Numbered from the stretch's first letter, positions 46,871 through 60,274 are shown. The stretch is DNA of 64,000 bases from Felis catus (GCF_018350175.1 NC_058382.1:18104001-18168000); one strand, 5' to 3'. Notes: generated from the sequence alone by a model not told the origin. Made by a program: numbers and translations.

Positions 46871-48530
46871 AACCTATTTGTAAGTGTCCAGTTCAGTGGC
46901 ATTAATTACATTCATAGCGTTACCTTCTCATCGCCACTATCTATACTCTTTTTTCATCATCCCCAATAAACTCTATCAATTCAACCATAACTCCCCATTC
47001 CTACCTGCCCCCAACCCCTGGTAACCTTTTCTCTACTTTCTTTGTCAAACTCGTCTATTCTGAGTAACGCCTGTAAGTGGAATCATACAACATTTGTCCT
47101 TCTATGTCTGGCTTATTCACTAAGCATAATGTTTTCAAGGTCTGTCGATGTCGTAGGATATATCACACCGAAAATTTCCTTCCATTTTATGGCTTCCATT
47201 TAAAGTATCCAATGTATGCCACATTTTGTGTGTCCACTTATCTATTGTTAGACCCTTGTGTTCTTTTCCACCTTTTGATTATTGTACCTAATGCTGCTGT
47301 GAACATTGGTGTATAGAGACCTGCTTTCAGTTCATTAGGATATATATCCAGGAGTAGGATTGCTAGGTCATATGGTAGTTCCTAATCTTGAGTAACTGCC
47401 AAGATCACATCACTGCACCTTTTACATTCCCACCACTAACCCAGGATGGTTCCAACCTCTCCACGGCCTCACTGACATTTATTATTTCCCATCTTCCCGA
47501 TTATAGCCATACTAGTTGGTGTGAAGTAGCATCTCATCATAGTTTTGCTTTCCATTTCCCTAATGACTAGGGATGGTGAGCACCTTTTCGTGTACTTATT
47601 GGCCATTTGTACATCTTCTTTGGAGAAATGTCTGTTCAGATATTTACCCATTTTTGAATTGGGTTGTGTTGTTGTTGTTGAGTTGAAATTCTTTCTACAT
47701 TCTAAGTATCAATCCCTCGTCAGATATATAATCTGCAAGTATTTCCCCCATTCTGTAGGTTGTCTTTTCACTTTCTTAACAGTGGTCTTTGACACTATTA
47801 AGTTCTTAACAAAGGTTCTTAATTTGATGCAGTTCTGTTTATCTGTTTTTTTTTTCTTTTGTTGCCTACGCTTTTGGTGTCATATCCATGAAATTGTTGC
47901 CAAATCCAAGGTCATGAATATTTTTCCCAATATTTTCTTCTAAGAGTTTTATAGTTTCGGCTCTTAAGTTAGATCTTTGATATATTTTGAATTAATTTTT
48001 GTACATGGTACAAGGTAAGAGTCCCAACTTCATTCTTCTGCATGTGGTCATCCAGTTTTCCCAGCACCATTTGTGGAAAAGACTGTCCTTTAACTGTTGA
48101 ATGATTTGGGCACCTTTGTCAAAACTCAATTGACCACATATATGAGGGTTTATTTCTGGGTTCTCTGTTCTATTCCATTGGTCTCTCTATCTGCCCTTAT
48201 GACAGTACCATACTGTTTCAATTTCTGTAGCTTTGTAGTAAGATTTGAAGTGTGAGTCCTCTGACTTTGTTCTTTTTCTCCCCAAGGTTGTTTTGGCTAT
48301 TCAGGTTCAGGGCAATTCCATATGAATGTGAAGATTTGCTTCTATTTCTTTGAAATAGGCTATTGGAACTTCGATAGACATTGCATTGAATCTGTAGATC
48401 ACTCTGGGTAGTATTGACATGTTAAGTCTTCCCATCTATGAACACTGAATGTCTTTCCATTTCTTTAGATATTCTTTACCTTCTTTCAACAATCTTTTAT
48501 AGTTTCAGCTTCCAAGTCTTTCACCTCCTT

Positions 48531-48741
48531 TTTCTTTTTTTTTTTTTAATTTGATAGAGAGAGCAGGTGTGCCGCACACAAGTGGAGGAGAGGAGCAGAG
48601 AGAGAAGAGAGAGAGGATCTTAAGCAGGCTCCATGTTCGGTGCAGAGCCCAACATGGGGCTCAATCCCACGACCCTGGGGTCATGACCTGAACTGAAATC
48701 AAGAGTCAGACGCTCAACTAAGTAAGCCACCCAGGTACCTC
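48531..48741 (-). mobile_element. Can-SINE nested in L1
   Basis: SINEC body; imperfect TSD TCAC(C/T)TCCTT. Confidence 0.88.
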
Positions 48742-50180
48742 TCACTTCCTTGATTAGATTTATCTTAAGTATTCAATTCTTTTAGATGCTACTGTAAATT
48801 AAACGGAATTGTTTTTTTTATTTCCTCTTTGGTTGTTTAATGCTGTTGTATTGAAACACAACTGACTTTTGTGTTAGTCTTATACCTTGAAAGTTTCTTG
48901 AATTCATTTATTTATTAACTCTGGTGGCTTTCTTGTGCATTCTCTTGGACTTTTTCTATACAGGATCATGTCATTTGTGAGTAGGGGTAATTTTATCTCT
49001 CTCCAATTTGAATGCTTTCTACTTCTTTTTCTTGTCTGATTGCTATGTTAGGATTCCTAGTATTGAATAGAAGCAGTGAAAGTAGGCATGCTTGTCTTGT
49101 TCTTGACCTTAGAAGGAAAACATTCAATCTTTCACCATTGAGTATGATGTAGCTGTGGATTTCCATAATACTCTTTATCAGGTTGAGAATTTTCCCTCTA
49201 TTCTTAGTTTTCAGAGGGTTTTTGTCAATAGAGTTTATTTGATTTTGTCAAATGCCTTTTCTCCATCGAGATAATCATGTGTTTCTTTTCCTTTCATTCT
49301 ATTAATGTGATATATTACTTTGATTAGTTTTCTTATGTTGAACCACCCCCCTTACATTCTTGGATAAATTCTAGTTAGTATCTTTTAATATGCTGTTGGT
49401 TTTGCATTGCTAATATTTTCTTGTGATTTTTGCATCTATATTCATAAGGGACAATGAACTGTAATTTTCTTTTCTTATCATGTCTTTGTCTGGCTTTGGT
49501 ATCAGGGTAATGTTGGCTACACAGAATGAGTTATGAAGTGTTCCCCCCCCCTTCAATTTTTTGGAAGAATTCAAGAAGGATTGATGTTAATTCTTCTTTA
49601 AATGTTTTGTTAATCTGTGAAATCATCTGTCCCTGGCTTGTCTTTGCTGGGAGGTTTTAGATTACTGATTCAGTCTCTTTGCTTATTATAGGTCTGTTGA
49701 GATTTTCTGTTTCTTTTTGAGTTAGTTTAGGTAGATGTATGTTTCAAGGAGTTTGTCCATTTCTTCTAGGTTATCTAATTTCTTGGCAGATAGTTATTCC
49801 TAGTGTTCTCTTGTAATTCTTTTTATTTCTGTAGGGCCAGTAGTAGTGTCCTCACTTTCATTTCTGATTTTAGTTATTTGTGTCTTCTATCTTTTGTTTT
49901 ATCAGTCTAGCCAAAGGTTTGTCATTTTTGTTGATATTAAAAAAAAAAAAAAACCTTTTGGTTTCATTGTTTCTCTTCCCCCCACTTCTCTATTTTATTT
50001 CATTCTGGTCTGCTTTTCATTATTTCCTTCCTTCTGCTAGTTTAAGTTTTGGTATATTGCATTTTAATTTATCTCTAAGTATTTTCTAATTTCCCTTGTG
50101 ATTTCTTTTGACTCACTGTTTTAGAGTGTTTATTTTCCACAGTTGTAAATTTTCTGTTTTTCTTTCTGTTATTGATTTCT

Positions 50181-50396
50181 TTTTTTTTTTTTTTCAACGT
50201 TTATTTATTTTTGGGACAGAGAGAGACAGAGCATGAATGGGCGAGGGGCAGAGAGAGAGGGAGACACAGAATCGGAAACAGGCTCCAGGCTGTGAGCCAT
50301 CAGCTCAGAGCCCAACGCGGGGCTCAAACTCACGGACCGCGAGATCGTGACCTGGCTGAAGTCGGACACTTAACCGACTGCGCCACCCAGGCGCCC
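50181..50396 (-). mobile_element. Young SINEC_Fc nested in L1
   Basis: 13-bp TSD GTTATTGATTTCT (50168-50180, 50397-50409). Confidence 0.95.
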
Positions 50397-51174
50397 GTTA
50401 TTGATTTCTGACTTAAGCTCACTGTGACCAGAGAAGATGGTTTGTATGATACCTATTTTTTTTTTTTTTTAATCTGCTGAGATTTAGTTGGTGGCCTAAC
50501 ACATAGTATATCCTGGAAAATGACTCATGCATACTTGTATTTGTTGTTGGGTAGAGTGTTCTGTATATGTCTGTCAGTGCTAGTTGTTTTATTGTGTTGT
50601 TCAAGTCTTTTATTCCTTACTTACTACTTGTTTGTTCTATCCATTATTGAAAGCGGAATATTGAAGCCTTCAACAATTATTGTAGAACTGTCCATTTCTC
50701 TGTGCAGTTCTGTTCACATTTGCTTCATATTTTAAGGTACATAAATGTATAGGTTATGGTTTCTTGCTGTGCTGCAACTGTTATTAACAGATACTGTCTT
50801 TCTTTGTCTCTTGAAACCTATTTTCAATTTGTCTGATATTAACATAGCCATTCCAGCTCTCTTTTGGTTATGATTTGCATGGAATATTCTTTTCTATCCT
50901 TTCACTTTCATCCTGTTTGTGTCTTTGAGTCTAAAGTGAGTCTCCTGTAGACAGCCTATGGTTGGATCATGTTTTCTTTATCTATTCCCCCAATCTCCAT
51001 CTTTTGACTTAAAGTAATTACTGATGAGGAGGGACTTATTTTTGCCACTTTGCTATTCATTTTCTGTATGCCTCAAAGCCTTCTCTTTGTGCCTTTCATT
51101 TACTCCATTACTGCCTTATTCTGTGTTTAGTTCATGTTTTTACAATAAAATGTTTTGACTCCCTTCTCATTTCC

Positions 51175-51177
<3 letters not shown>

Positions 51178-51220
<43 letters not shown>
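51178..51220. repeat. (TA)n microsatellite
   Basis: About 21 uninterrupted TA units. Confidence 0.95.
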
Positions 51221-51222
<2 letters not shown>

Positions 51223-53839
51223 TATGGCAATTTTCTTTGTGGTAACCCTGGGAATTACATTACATATAAAATCTCCTGAAGTTATAACACTTCAGTTTGA
51301 ATTTGTACCAGCTTAATTAACTTCAATATCATATAAAAACTGGGCTCCCGTACATCTCTATCACCTCCTTCCGTTATTGGTGTCTCAAATTACATCTTCA
51401 TAAAGTGTTTTCCCAATAGCAAAGATTAATAATTATTTTTATGGATTTTCTTCTAAGTCATGTAGACAATTAAAAGTGGATTTTAATATAATAATATGAG
51501 CTTTAATAATTGCCCACGTATTTACCTCTGCTGCAGAGCTCTATTTCTTCCTATCGCTTCTGGTTACTGTCCAGCATCCTTTCATTTCAATTAGGAGGAC
51601 TCCCTTTATCATTTCTTTCAGGGCAGATCTAATGGCAACAACATCTCTCAGCTTTTGCTTATCTGGGCATGCTTTAATTTTCCTCTCAGTGTTGAAGGAT
51701 GATTTTGCTACTTATAGAATTCCTGGTTGAAAAAAAATTCTTTTCTCTCAGAACTTTGAATATTTCAACCCATTGCCTTCTGGCCTCCAGGGTTTCTGAC
51801 AAGAAATCAGCTGAAACTCTTACTGGGAACCACTTTATGTAACAAGTTGCTTCTCTTTTGCTGCTTTCAAGATTGTCTCTTTCTCTTTGGCTTTTACCAG
51901 TTTGGTTACAATGTGTCTTGGCGTGCCTCTTTTGAGGTTAATGCTGTTGAAGTTTGGTGAGCTTCTTTGATTTGTAGATTCATGTCTTTCTTAAAACTTG
52001 GGAGGTTTCTGGCCAATATTTCTTCAAATAGTTTTGTAGTAGCTTTCTCTCTGTCTTCTTCTGGGACTCCAACAATACGTATGTTGGTCTGCCTGATGGT
52101 GTTTCATAGGTCCCTGAGGTTCTGTTCACTCTTCTTCAATCTTCTTCCCTTCTATTCCTCAGACTCAATACTGTCAGTTGTCCTATCTTCAAGTTCACTG
52201 ATTTTGTCTTCTGCCTCCTCACATCTGTTTTGAACTCCTCGAATGAATTTTTCATCTCAGTAATTGTATTATTCAGCTCCAGAATGTCTATTTTTAATAT
52301 TTTCGATCTCCCTATTGATATTCTCATTTTGTTCATACATCATTGTCCTGTTTTTCACCATGTCTTCTTCAGCTCTTTTAACATTTTAAGACTATTGTTT
52401 AAGTCTTTGTCTAGTAGTCTGCCACCTGGGCTTCCTTGGGGATAATTTTTTCTTTGAATGGGCTATACTTTTCTGTTTCTTTAATGCCTTATGACTTTTT
52501 TTTTTGTTTCAAATGGACATTTGAATCTTATAATGTGGTAACCCTGGATATCATATATCCCCCTCTCCCCAGGGCTTGCTGGTAGTTGTTGTCGTTTTAA
52601 GGTATCTCTGTGCTGGGGATCAGCCCAAAGTGTAAGTTTAGGGTCATCTCAGATCTTTTCTGAGTTTGCATTTTCCCCTGGACTTATGCAATGACTTTCT
52701 AAATTCCCCTACATTCTGTGTGTGTGGTTGCTTGCAAATGTCCTAATCCATAAATGTCTGGCTTCCAAAAGGGGTAAAAGGGGAGAAAGCCCAGAGGCTG
52801 CCCTTTTAAATTTCCCGGAAGCTGCTTCTGCCAGCGGGGGTCGAAACAATGGTGGCCTGCCTCTGTGTCTGCACTTCTGTGATCAGAAGCAGTAATCTGC
52901 AGCCAGAACACAGAACCTTGATATTTAGAGGGCAAAGTCCTTGTTGCACATTCCCCAATAACAACAGTGGCTGAGCCCTTTATTTACAACATCTCATCAA
53001 ATCTTCATAAGTGCCCTTTATTGCCAGTACCATTAAAATCCCTCTTTGAAAATGAGGAAACAGGTTTACAAAGAGAAAGCCATTTGATCAGGCCTCCATT
53101 GCAGGAAGAGACTTCATTGCAGTTCCTTAAATTGTAAGAAAGAGAAAAAGCAGCCCCTGATAGCTGGTAGCTGACCTGACACTAATCATAGTGTTGGTGT
53201 CACTAGGAGGTGGCCTGTAACTCACAGCTAAGTCATGGTATGCTATTGAACAGAAACTATCTAACAGAATACTAGTATCACACAAAGCCTGTCTGTGACT
53301 GTGATGAACCAAGACAAAAAAAAGATCACGCTATAATCATGTCTGAACAGACATGACAGGGACATTGTCCAAGCCACAAAATACCAAATGTCCTCCCCCT
53401 CTCCCAGGTCATATGAGTGACTGCCTCTTTAGCTACACTGCATTCTTCTGATCTTCTAGATAGTATAGAATTACTCCCCCCAAATAAGCATTCTCTTCTA
53501 CATCTCTTCTGTATACAACGCCCAGATTTTGTTTGTCTTCAATGACTTCTGTAGTCAGAGAGGGTTATACTTCCCCAGTCCTAGAAAACAAATTCTGATT
53601 GTCTAAGCCAATCACGGGAATTCTCTTTTCTCTCAGGGATTGGTTTGGGTCTGCACATGGGACCTAATCTTGGCTAATGGAACCTTAGGAGATCTGATGG
53701 GATGATTTTGCAAATGATTTTAACTTTCTGATGTAAAAGAACACTCCTTGTGGTAACTATCAACTGTGGTAATCTGACTTCCTTCTACTAAATGTTTTAA
53801 CTGACTTCCTTCTACTAAACTGACTTCCTTCTACTAAAT

Positions 53840-55250
53840 GTTTTCTGGGCATAGTAGAATTCCATTTCCTTTGTTGGATTGGTGAACTGGTGGTACCATG
53901 TAACCGTTTCTGGCCAGTGGTTTGTGAGCAAGTGACAGGTGTCATTTCAGTCCAGAGCATTTAATTATGGATGTGAAATCCTACAGAGCCCTCTTTTTTC
54001 CTCCTCTGGTATGAAACTGGAAATGTTTGGGGTGGCTTTGCTCCATCATCCTGGGTCCCTGAGTGATTATAATACCAACCCACAATGGATGTGGAGCTTG
54101 AGTGAGAAATAAACTTTTGTTTTTGTAAGTCATTGAGATGTGTAAGCCTGAGGTATTGCTACATTTGCTGTACAAGCAAATAGCCTATCTTGAGTGATAC
54201 AGAAATTAGTATCAGGAGTGAGGTGTTGCTGTAACCAAAAATAAAAACATGGCACTGGCTTCAAACACAACAAAAGGAACAAGAAATGTATTTGAAACCA
54301 GCAGGATGGAGGCTGTTGGCTGAGCTACTTTTTTTTTTTTTTTAGGTTTATTTATTTTGAGAGAGAGAGAGAGCACATGGGAGGGGCAGAGAGAGGGAGA
54401 GAAAGAATCCCAAGAAGGCTCCGCACGGTCAGCGTAGAGCCCAAGGCAGGGATCAAACTCATGAACCTTGAGATCATGACCTGAGCCGAAACCAGAAGTC
54501 GGATGCTTAACGGACTGAGCCACCCAGGCACCCCTGCCTGAGATACTTTTAAAGGCCAATGACATACTTCATGAACTTGCAGCTTTAGTGGAAGCAGCTG
54601 GAATACAGAAGAGTATGCGTGAAAGTTCACTAAAGTTGGCCAAAATTTGGGAAGGCCTTTGAGAGGCAAAATCCAATTAGCTAGTTAAATCTTTATTACC
54701 CATTGTTAAAGACTCTGAATGAATTCAGATACTCCCAGAAAATCCTTAAGATACCCCCAGGTAGGCAAAAGTGCTCAGTGAAAGAGAAATGAAGAATATG
54801 GCTCCCAATGCATGCCTGATATGGTGCCTCTGCAGTGACAGAGAGACAGAGAGGGAGAGAGTGGGAAAGAGATGGGGCACACCTTGCACAGAACTGTGGG
54901 TGTGGGTTTTTTTGCAAATGGAGTTGGCTGGAGCCTCTTAGAATCCTTAGGTCCCAAACTTTGGAAGGCAGGAAGCAGGCCAAGGAAACTGTTCATGTGG
55001 AAAGGAGGGCACCTCTGTCAGTGTCACCTCAGATGTAACCGAGGATGATAATGGCAAAGAAGATATTTCTCTGGAGAGTGGAGACAGGAGCCCAGGGAAC
55101 AAAGATTTAGAAAGCACCCCCACCCCACCTCAATTAGCAGATCTGGTGCTAATTAAGCAGTCCTCCCCAGTTACAAGACAGGAGGCCCTTGCAGTGTTTA
55201 CTCAGTGGATTTTAGAAATGGTACAGACCAGTGATGTCTGTGTACTCCTA
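53840..55250 (+). mobile_element. MaLR MLT1-type LTR (to about 54201) followed by internal sequence
   Basis: LTR end gagaaataaactttt...gtgataca joined to gaaattagtatcaggagtgaggtgttgctgtaac, a typical LTR-internal junction; boundaries approximate. Confidence 0.65.
54329..54534 (-). mobile_element. Can-SINE nested in MaLR internal sequence
   Basis: SINEC head, body and T tail; imperfect TSD CTGAG(C/A)TACTTT. Confidence 0.9.
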
Positions 55251-55364
55251 GAAGTGCAGCAGACCAAGTTTCATTCCACTGCCCAGGGCTGATGCCCGAG
55301 TTCTGTGGGTGACTTCACAATGCCCAGGATGGTTCCCAGCATCCTTTTGTAGTCTCAGGTTACC

Positions 55365-56077
55365 ATGTTGGCCACCCTGTGGCTGCTTAGCCTTTCTCTC
55401 CCCACTCTGTGGGCCCAGATATTAATCAGTTGTGCCTATAAGAGTCTCTGCCAGCAGGCCCTAGTCTCAGGCAATGATGTCGTCCTGCAGTGTGACTATC
55501 CCAAAGCACTCTGGTACTTCTCTTCCATTCTAGGGGAAGATCCCTTCCTGCTCTCCTCAATGCCTCACATAAAGAAACTGCCTGGGGGCAGCCTTCAACT
55601 GACCAACCCTCAGCCCTCCCAGACAGGCCTCTGTCACTGCCAGGACAATGACAACGCCCTTGTGGTAGAGTATGAGATTGATTTCCAAGATGCCACCGCC
55701 TTGCATGTTACGCACGAAAGCCTGGGCCAAGAGCCCCTGCAAAATGAGACCCTGAGACTGGGTGGCCACGTACTCGTCTTCACCCACTGGGAGCCCTGGC
55801 AGGACTGTAACCGCTGTGGGGGGCCTGGTGAGCGGAAACGCCTGGGGTATTGCTACATTGGGGAGCCCCAGGAAAAACCCGTGCCCTGTTGGCTCTATCT
55901 GAGAGCGGAGAAGGCACGACACAGCTGTACGCGGCCTGAATTGCAGGTGGAAGCCTGTCTTGTACCCTGTGACCACGTTAAGGAAATCAACCAGCCATAC
56001 TTCATCTTTGACATATATCAGTTGGGCAAGTTGACCAACAACATGTGGCTTACCTGCCCCTTGGCCTCCATCTACAG
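55365..56077 (+). CDS. FAM187B: FAM187B-family protein, coding exon 1 (signal peptide, Ig-like domain, WEPWQDCNRC motif); exon 2 not seen in window
   Basis: accATG; YEIDFQD, PLQNETL, FTHWEPWQDCNRC, RPELQVEAC and CPLASIYR motifs; donor CAG|gtgact; position next to LSR. Confidence 0.88.
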
Positions 56078-56546
56078 GTGACTGGACCAGGGCATCAGCC
56101 CTGCACCTGACCCTCACCTAGGCTTTGTTTCCTAAGCCCACCTGGGCCAGGGGTTTGCCTTCCAGTGGAAAAGCAGGCTCTGTCTCCCACCCATAAGCCT
56201 TCATGGTCAGTCTGTCCAGGAAGGGGTCTCTTCACTGGCTCGTTCAGGTAGATGTTCATTCAGTAGGAACTACTTTTGCCCCTTCTGAGCCAGGCCCTGG
56301 GTAGGGTGCTACTGGGGACACAGGGGTGACCAAAAAAAGTTTAGTCCCTGCCTTCATAGGCTCCTGATATTCAGGAGTGACCAAATGTAAAACCTAGAGA
56401 CTAAGCACTTTGGCCCGTATTCATGTCAACATCATCACTAGTGTTGTTTCTGTCTCCTCACTGAACTCTGATGAATACAATTTGTTTACGCATCCTTGCA
56501 TCAATGCCGTGGTATTTTTATTACTGTCCCTTTGTAATAAGTCATC

Positions 56547-56770
56547 GGGGCTCCTGGGTGGCTCAGTCGGTTGAGCGTCCGACTTCAGCTCAGGTCACGA
56601 TCTCACGGTCCGTGAGTTCGAGCCCCGCGTCAGGCTCTGGGCTGATGGCTCAGAGCCTGGAGCCTGCTTCCGATTCTGTCTCTCCCTTTCTCTCTGCCCC
56701 TCCCCCGTTCATCTCTGTCTCTCTCTGTCCCAAAAATAAATAAACGTTAAAAAAAATAAAATAAAAAAAA
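56547..56770 (+). mobile_element. SINEC_Fc in the FAM187B intron
   Basis: TSD AATAAGTCAT (56536-56545, 56771-56780). Confidence 0.94.
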
Positions 56771-59700
56771 AATAAGTCATGATATCTGGTAGTATAGATT
56801 TTCCAACTTCGTCCTTCAAGACTGTCTTGATTAGTCTTAGCCATTTGTATAAAAATTTTGGAATCAGCTTGTAGTTTCCATCCCCGCCAAAACCCTATGT
56901 TTTAATAAATGGGGACTTCATTGAATTGAAAGATAAATTTGGGTAGAATCAATATATTACAATATTTAGACTTCTGATCCATTAACATCATAAGTATTTC
57001 TTTTATTTAGGGTTTGTTAAATTTCTCCCAGTAATGTACAGTTATTAATGTAGAGATTTTACATGTTTTATTATATTTATTTCTAAATACTTGATTTTTC
57101 ATGCAATTACAAATGTGTCTTTTTTATGGATTTATAAGGCATGATTTAATAAATTGGTACATGAAATAAAATAATCCAAGGTTGTAAACAGTGTTTTGAC
57201 TATTGACAAAATTTTAATATACCTGATATTAAGATCTGATTCAAATCACAGGTATATATTATATATATACATACACATAACAAATATATTATACATATTA
57301 TTATAATGTACAACATACATAAAATATATATTATATACAGTATTATATTATGCTGTACACCTGAAACTAATATAACCTTCTATTTTAATTATCCCTCTTC
57401 AAACCCCTCTTCAATTATCATCCCTCTATACAGAGACAGGTATAACTGAAATATAATGTTATATTAGTTTCAGGTGTACAACATAGTGATTCGATATTTG
57501 TATACACTGTGAAATAATCACCATGATAAATCTAATTACCATCCATCATCATACAAAATTACAAAATTTTTTTCTTGTAATAAGAATTTTTAAGATTTAT
57601 TCTCTTAATAACTTTCAAATATGCAATAAAATATTATTGACCATTGTCACCATGTTGTACATTACATCTCCATGATTTATTTATTTTGTAACTGGAAGTT
57701 TGTACTTCTTGACTCCCATCACTAATTCCACCCACTCCTCAACATTCCTCCCCTCTAGCAACCAATCTGTTTTTATTTCTATAAATTTTAGTTTGTTGAG
57801 TTTTTTAGATTCCACATACAAGTAAAATCATGGTATTTGTCTTTCTCTGTCTGACTTATTTCACCTAGTATAATGCCTTCAAGTTCCACCCATATTGTCG
57901 TAAATGTCAATATTCCATTCTTTTTATGGCTGAGTAGTATTCCACCGTGAATTTACACTCCATCTTCTTTAGCCATTCATCCACTGATGGACATTTAGAT
58001 TGTTTCTGTATCTTGGTCATTGTAAATAATGCTTCAGTGAACATAAGGGTGTGTATATCATTTCAAATCAGCGTTTTCATTTTCTTGAGGTAAGTTCCCA
58101 GAAATGGACTTGCTGGATCATGTAGTAGTTCTATTTTTAGTTTTTGGAGGAACCTCCAAACCGTTTTCCATTGTGGCTGTACAAATTTACATTCCCACCA
58201 TCAGTACATGAGGGTTCATTTTTCTCCACATTCTCACCAACACTTGTTATTTCTTATCTTTTAAATAATAGCCGTTCTAACAGGTGTGATGTGATATCTC
58301 ATTGTGGTTTTGATTTAAATTTCCCTGATGATGAGTGATGTTGAGCCTGTGCCTGTTCATGTGCCTGTTAGCTATATGTCTTCTTTGGAAAAATATGTAT
58401 TCAGATGCTCTGTCCATTTTTAAATTCGATGATTTGGGTTTTGCTATTGAGTTGTATAAGTTCTTCGTGTATTTTGGATATTAACCNNNNNNNNNNNNNN
58501 NNNNNNNNNNNNNNNNNNNNNNNNNNNNNNNNNNNNNNNNNNNNNNNNNNNNNNNNNNNNNNNNNNNNNNNNNNNNNNNNNNNNNNNNNNNNNNNNNNNN
58601 NNNNNNNNNNNNNNNNNNNNNNNNNNNNNNNNNNGGTCAAATCCAAAGATATGTTGCCAAGACCAATGTCAAAGAGCTAACTGCTTATGTTTTCTTCTAG
58701 GAGTTTTATGGTTTCAGGTCTTATATTTAAGCATTTAATCCATTTGAGTTAATTTTTGTGTATAATGTAACGTGAAGGTCTAGTTTCATTCCTTTGTGTG
58801 TAGCTGTCCAGTTCTTCCCAACACCATTTATTAAAGAGACTGTCCTAATTATATATTCTTGGATACTTTGTCATAAATTGACCATATATGTGTGAATTTA
58901 CTTCTGGGTTCTCTGTTCTGTTCTATTGATCTATGTGTCTATTTTTATGCTAATTCCACACTATTTTGATTATTATAGCTATGTAATATAGNNNNNNNNN
59001 NNNNNNNNNNNNNNNNNNNNNNNNNNNNNNNNNNNNNNNNNNNNNNNNNNNNNNNNNNNNNNNNNNNNNNNNNNNNNNNNNNNNNNNNNNNNNNNNNNNN
59101 NNNNNNNNNNNNNNNNNNNNNNNNNNNNNNNNNNNNNNNNNNNNNNNNNNNNNNNNNNNGTAATATGGACACTTTAATAATATTAATTCTTCCAATTCAT
59201 GAGCACAGAATATCTTTCTATTTATTGGTGTCTCCTTCAATTTCTGTCATCATTGACTGCAGTTTTCAGTATATAAGTCTTTCACCTTGTGGGTTAAATT
59301 TATTCCTAGGTATTTTATTCTTTTTGATGTAATTGTAAATGAGATTATTATCTTAATTTCTCTTTCTAACTATAGTTGATGTATGGAAAGGCAACTTATT
59401 TTTGTACATTGATTTTGTACCCTACCACTTTATTGGATTTGTTTATTTAAACAATTTTTTGGTGAAGTCCTTAGGGTTTTCTACATATAAAATCATATTG
59501 TCCACAAATAGTGATCGTTTTACTACTTCCTTTCCAAGTTGGATGTCTTATTTCTTTGTCTTGTCTAATTGCTATGTCTAGGATTTCCAGTACTATGTTG
59601 AATAAAAGTGGTGAGAGTGGGCATCTTTGTCTTGTTCCTGACGTTAGAGGAAAAGCTTCCAGGTTTTCACCATTAAGTATAACGTTAACTGTGGGCTTGT

Positions 59701-60274
59701 CATATATGGTCTTTGTTATGTTGAGGTACATTCCCTCTGTAACTACTTTTGAGAATTTTTATTATAAATGGATGTTGAATTTTGTAAAATGCTTTTTCTA
59801 TATCTACTGAGATAATCATATGACTTTTATCCTTCATTTTGTTGACATGGTGTATCACATTCATTGGTTGATTTNNNNNNNNNNNNNNNNNNNNNNNNNN
59901 NNNNNNNNNNNNNNNNNNNNNNNNNNNNNNNNNNNNNNNNNNNNNNNNNNNNNNNNNNNNNNNNNNNNNNNNNNNNNNNNNNNNNNNNNNNNNNNNNNNN
60001 NNNNNNNNNNNNNNNNNNNNNNNNNNNNNNNNNNNNNNNNNNNNNNNNNNNNNNNNNNNNNNNNNNNNNNNNNNNNNNNNNNNNNNNNNNNNNNNNNNNN
60101 NNNNNNNNNNNNNNNNNNNNNNNNNNNNNNNNNNNNNNNNNNNNNNNNNNNNNNNNNNNNNNNNNNNNNNNNNNNNNNNNNNNNNNNNNNNNNNNNNNNN
60201 NNNNNNNNNNNNNNNNNNNNNNNNNNNNNNNNNNNNNNNNNNNNNNNNNNNNNNNNNNNNNNNNNNNNNNNNNN

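Larger units (their letters stand above)
46665..52950 (-). mobile_element. Near full-length decayed LINE-1 with nested SINEs
   Basis: T-rich + strand; ORF2 remnants (LNRHFSKEDVQMANKY, LTDIYRTLYP) and ORF1-like coiled coil (ILELNNTITEMKNS); boundaries approximate. Confidence 0.9.

Noticed and set aside
56078-56081. Stop codon ending the 238-aa FAM187B ORF, read as a truncation
   Set aside because: The TGA lies within the splice donor GTGACT at the expected exon boundary; it is not a nonsense mutation.
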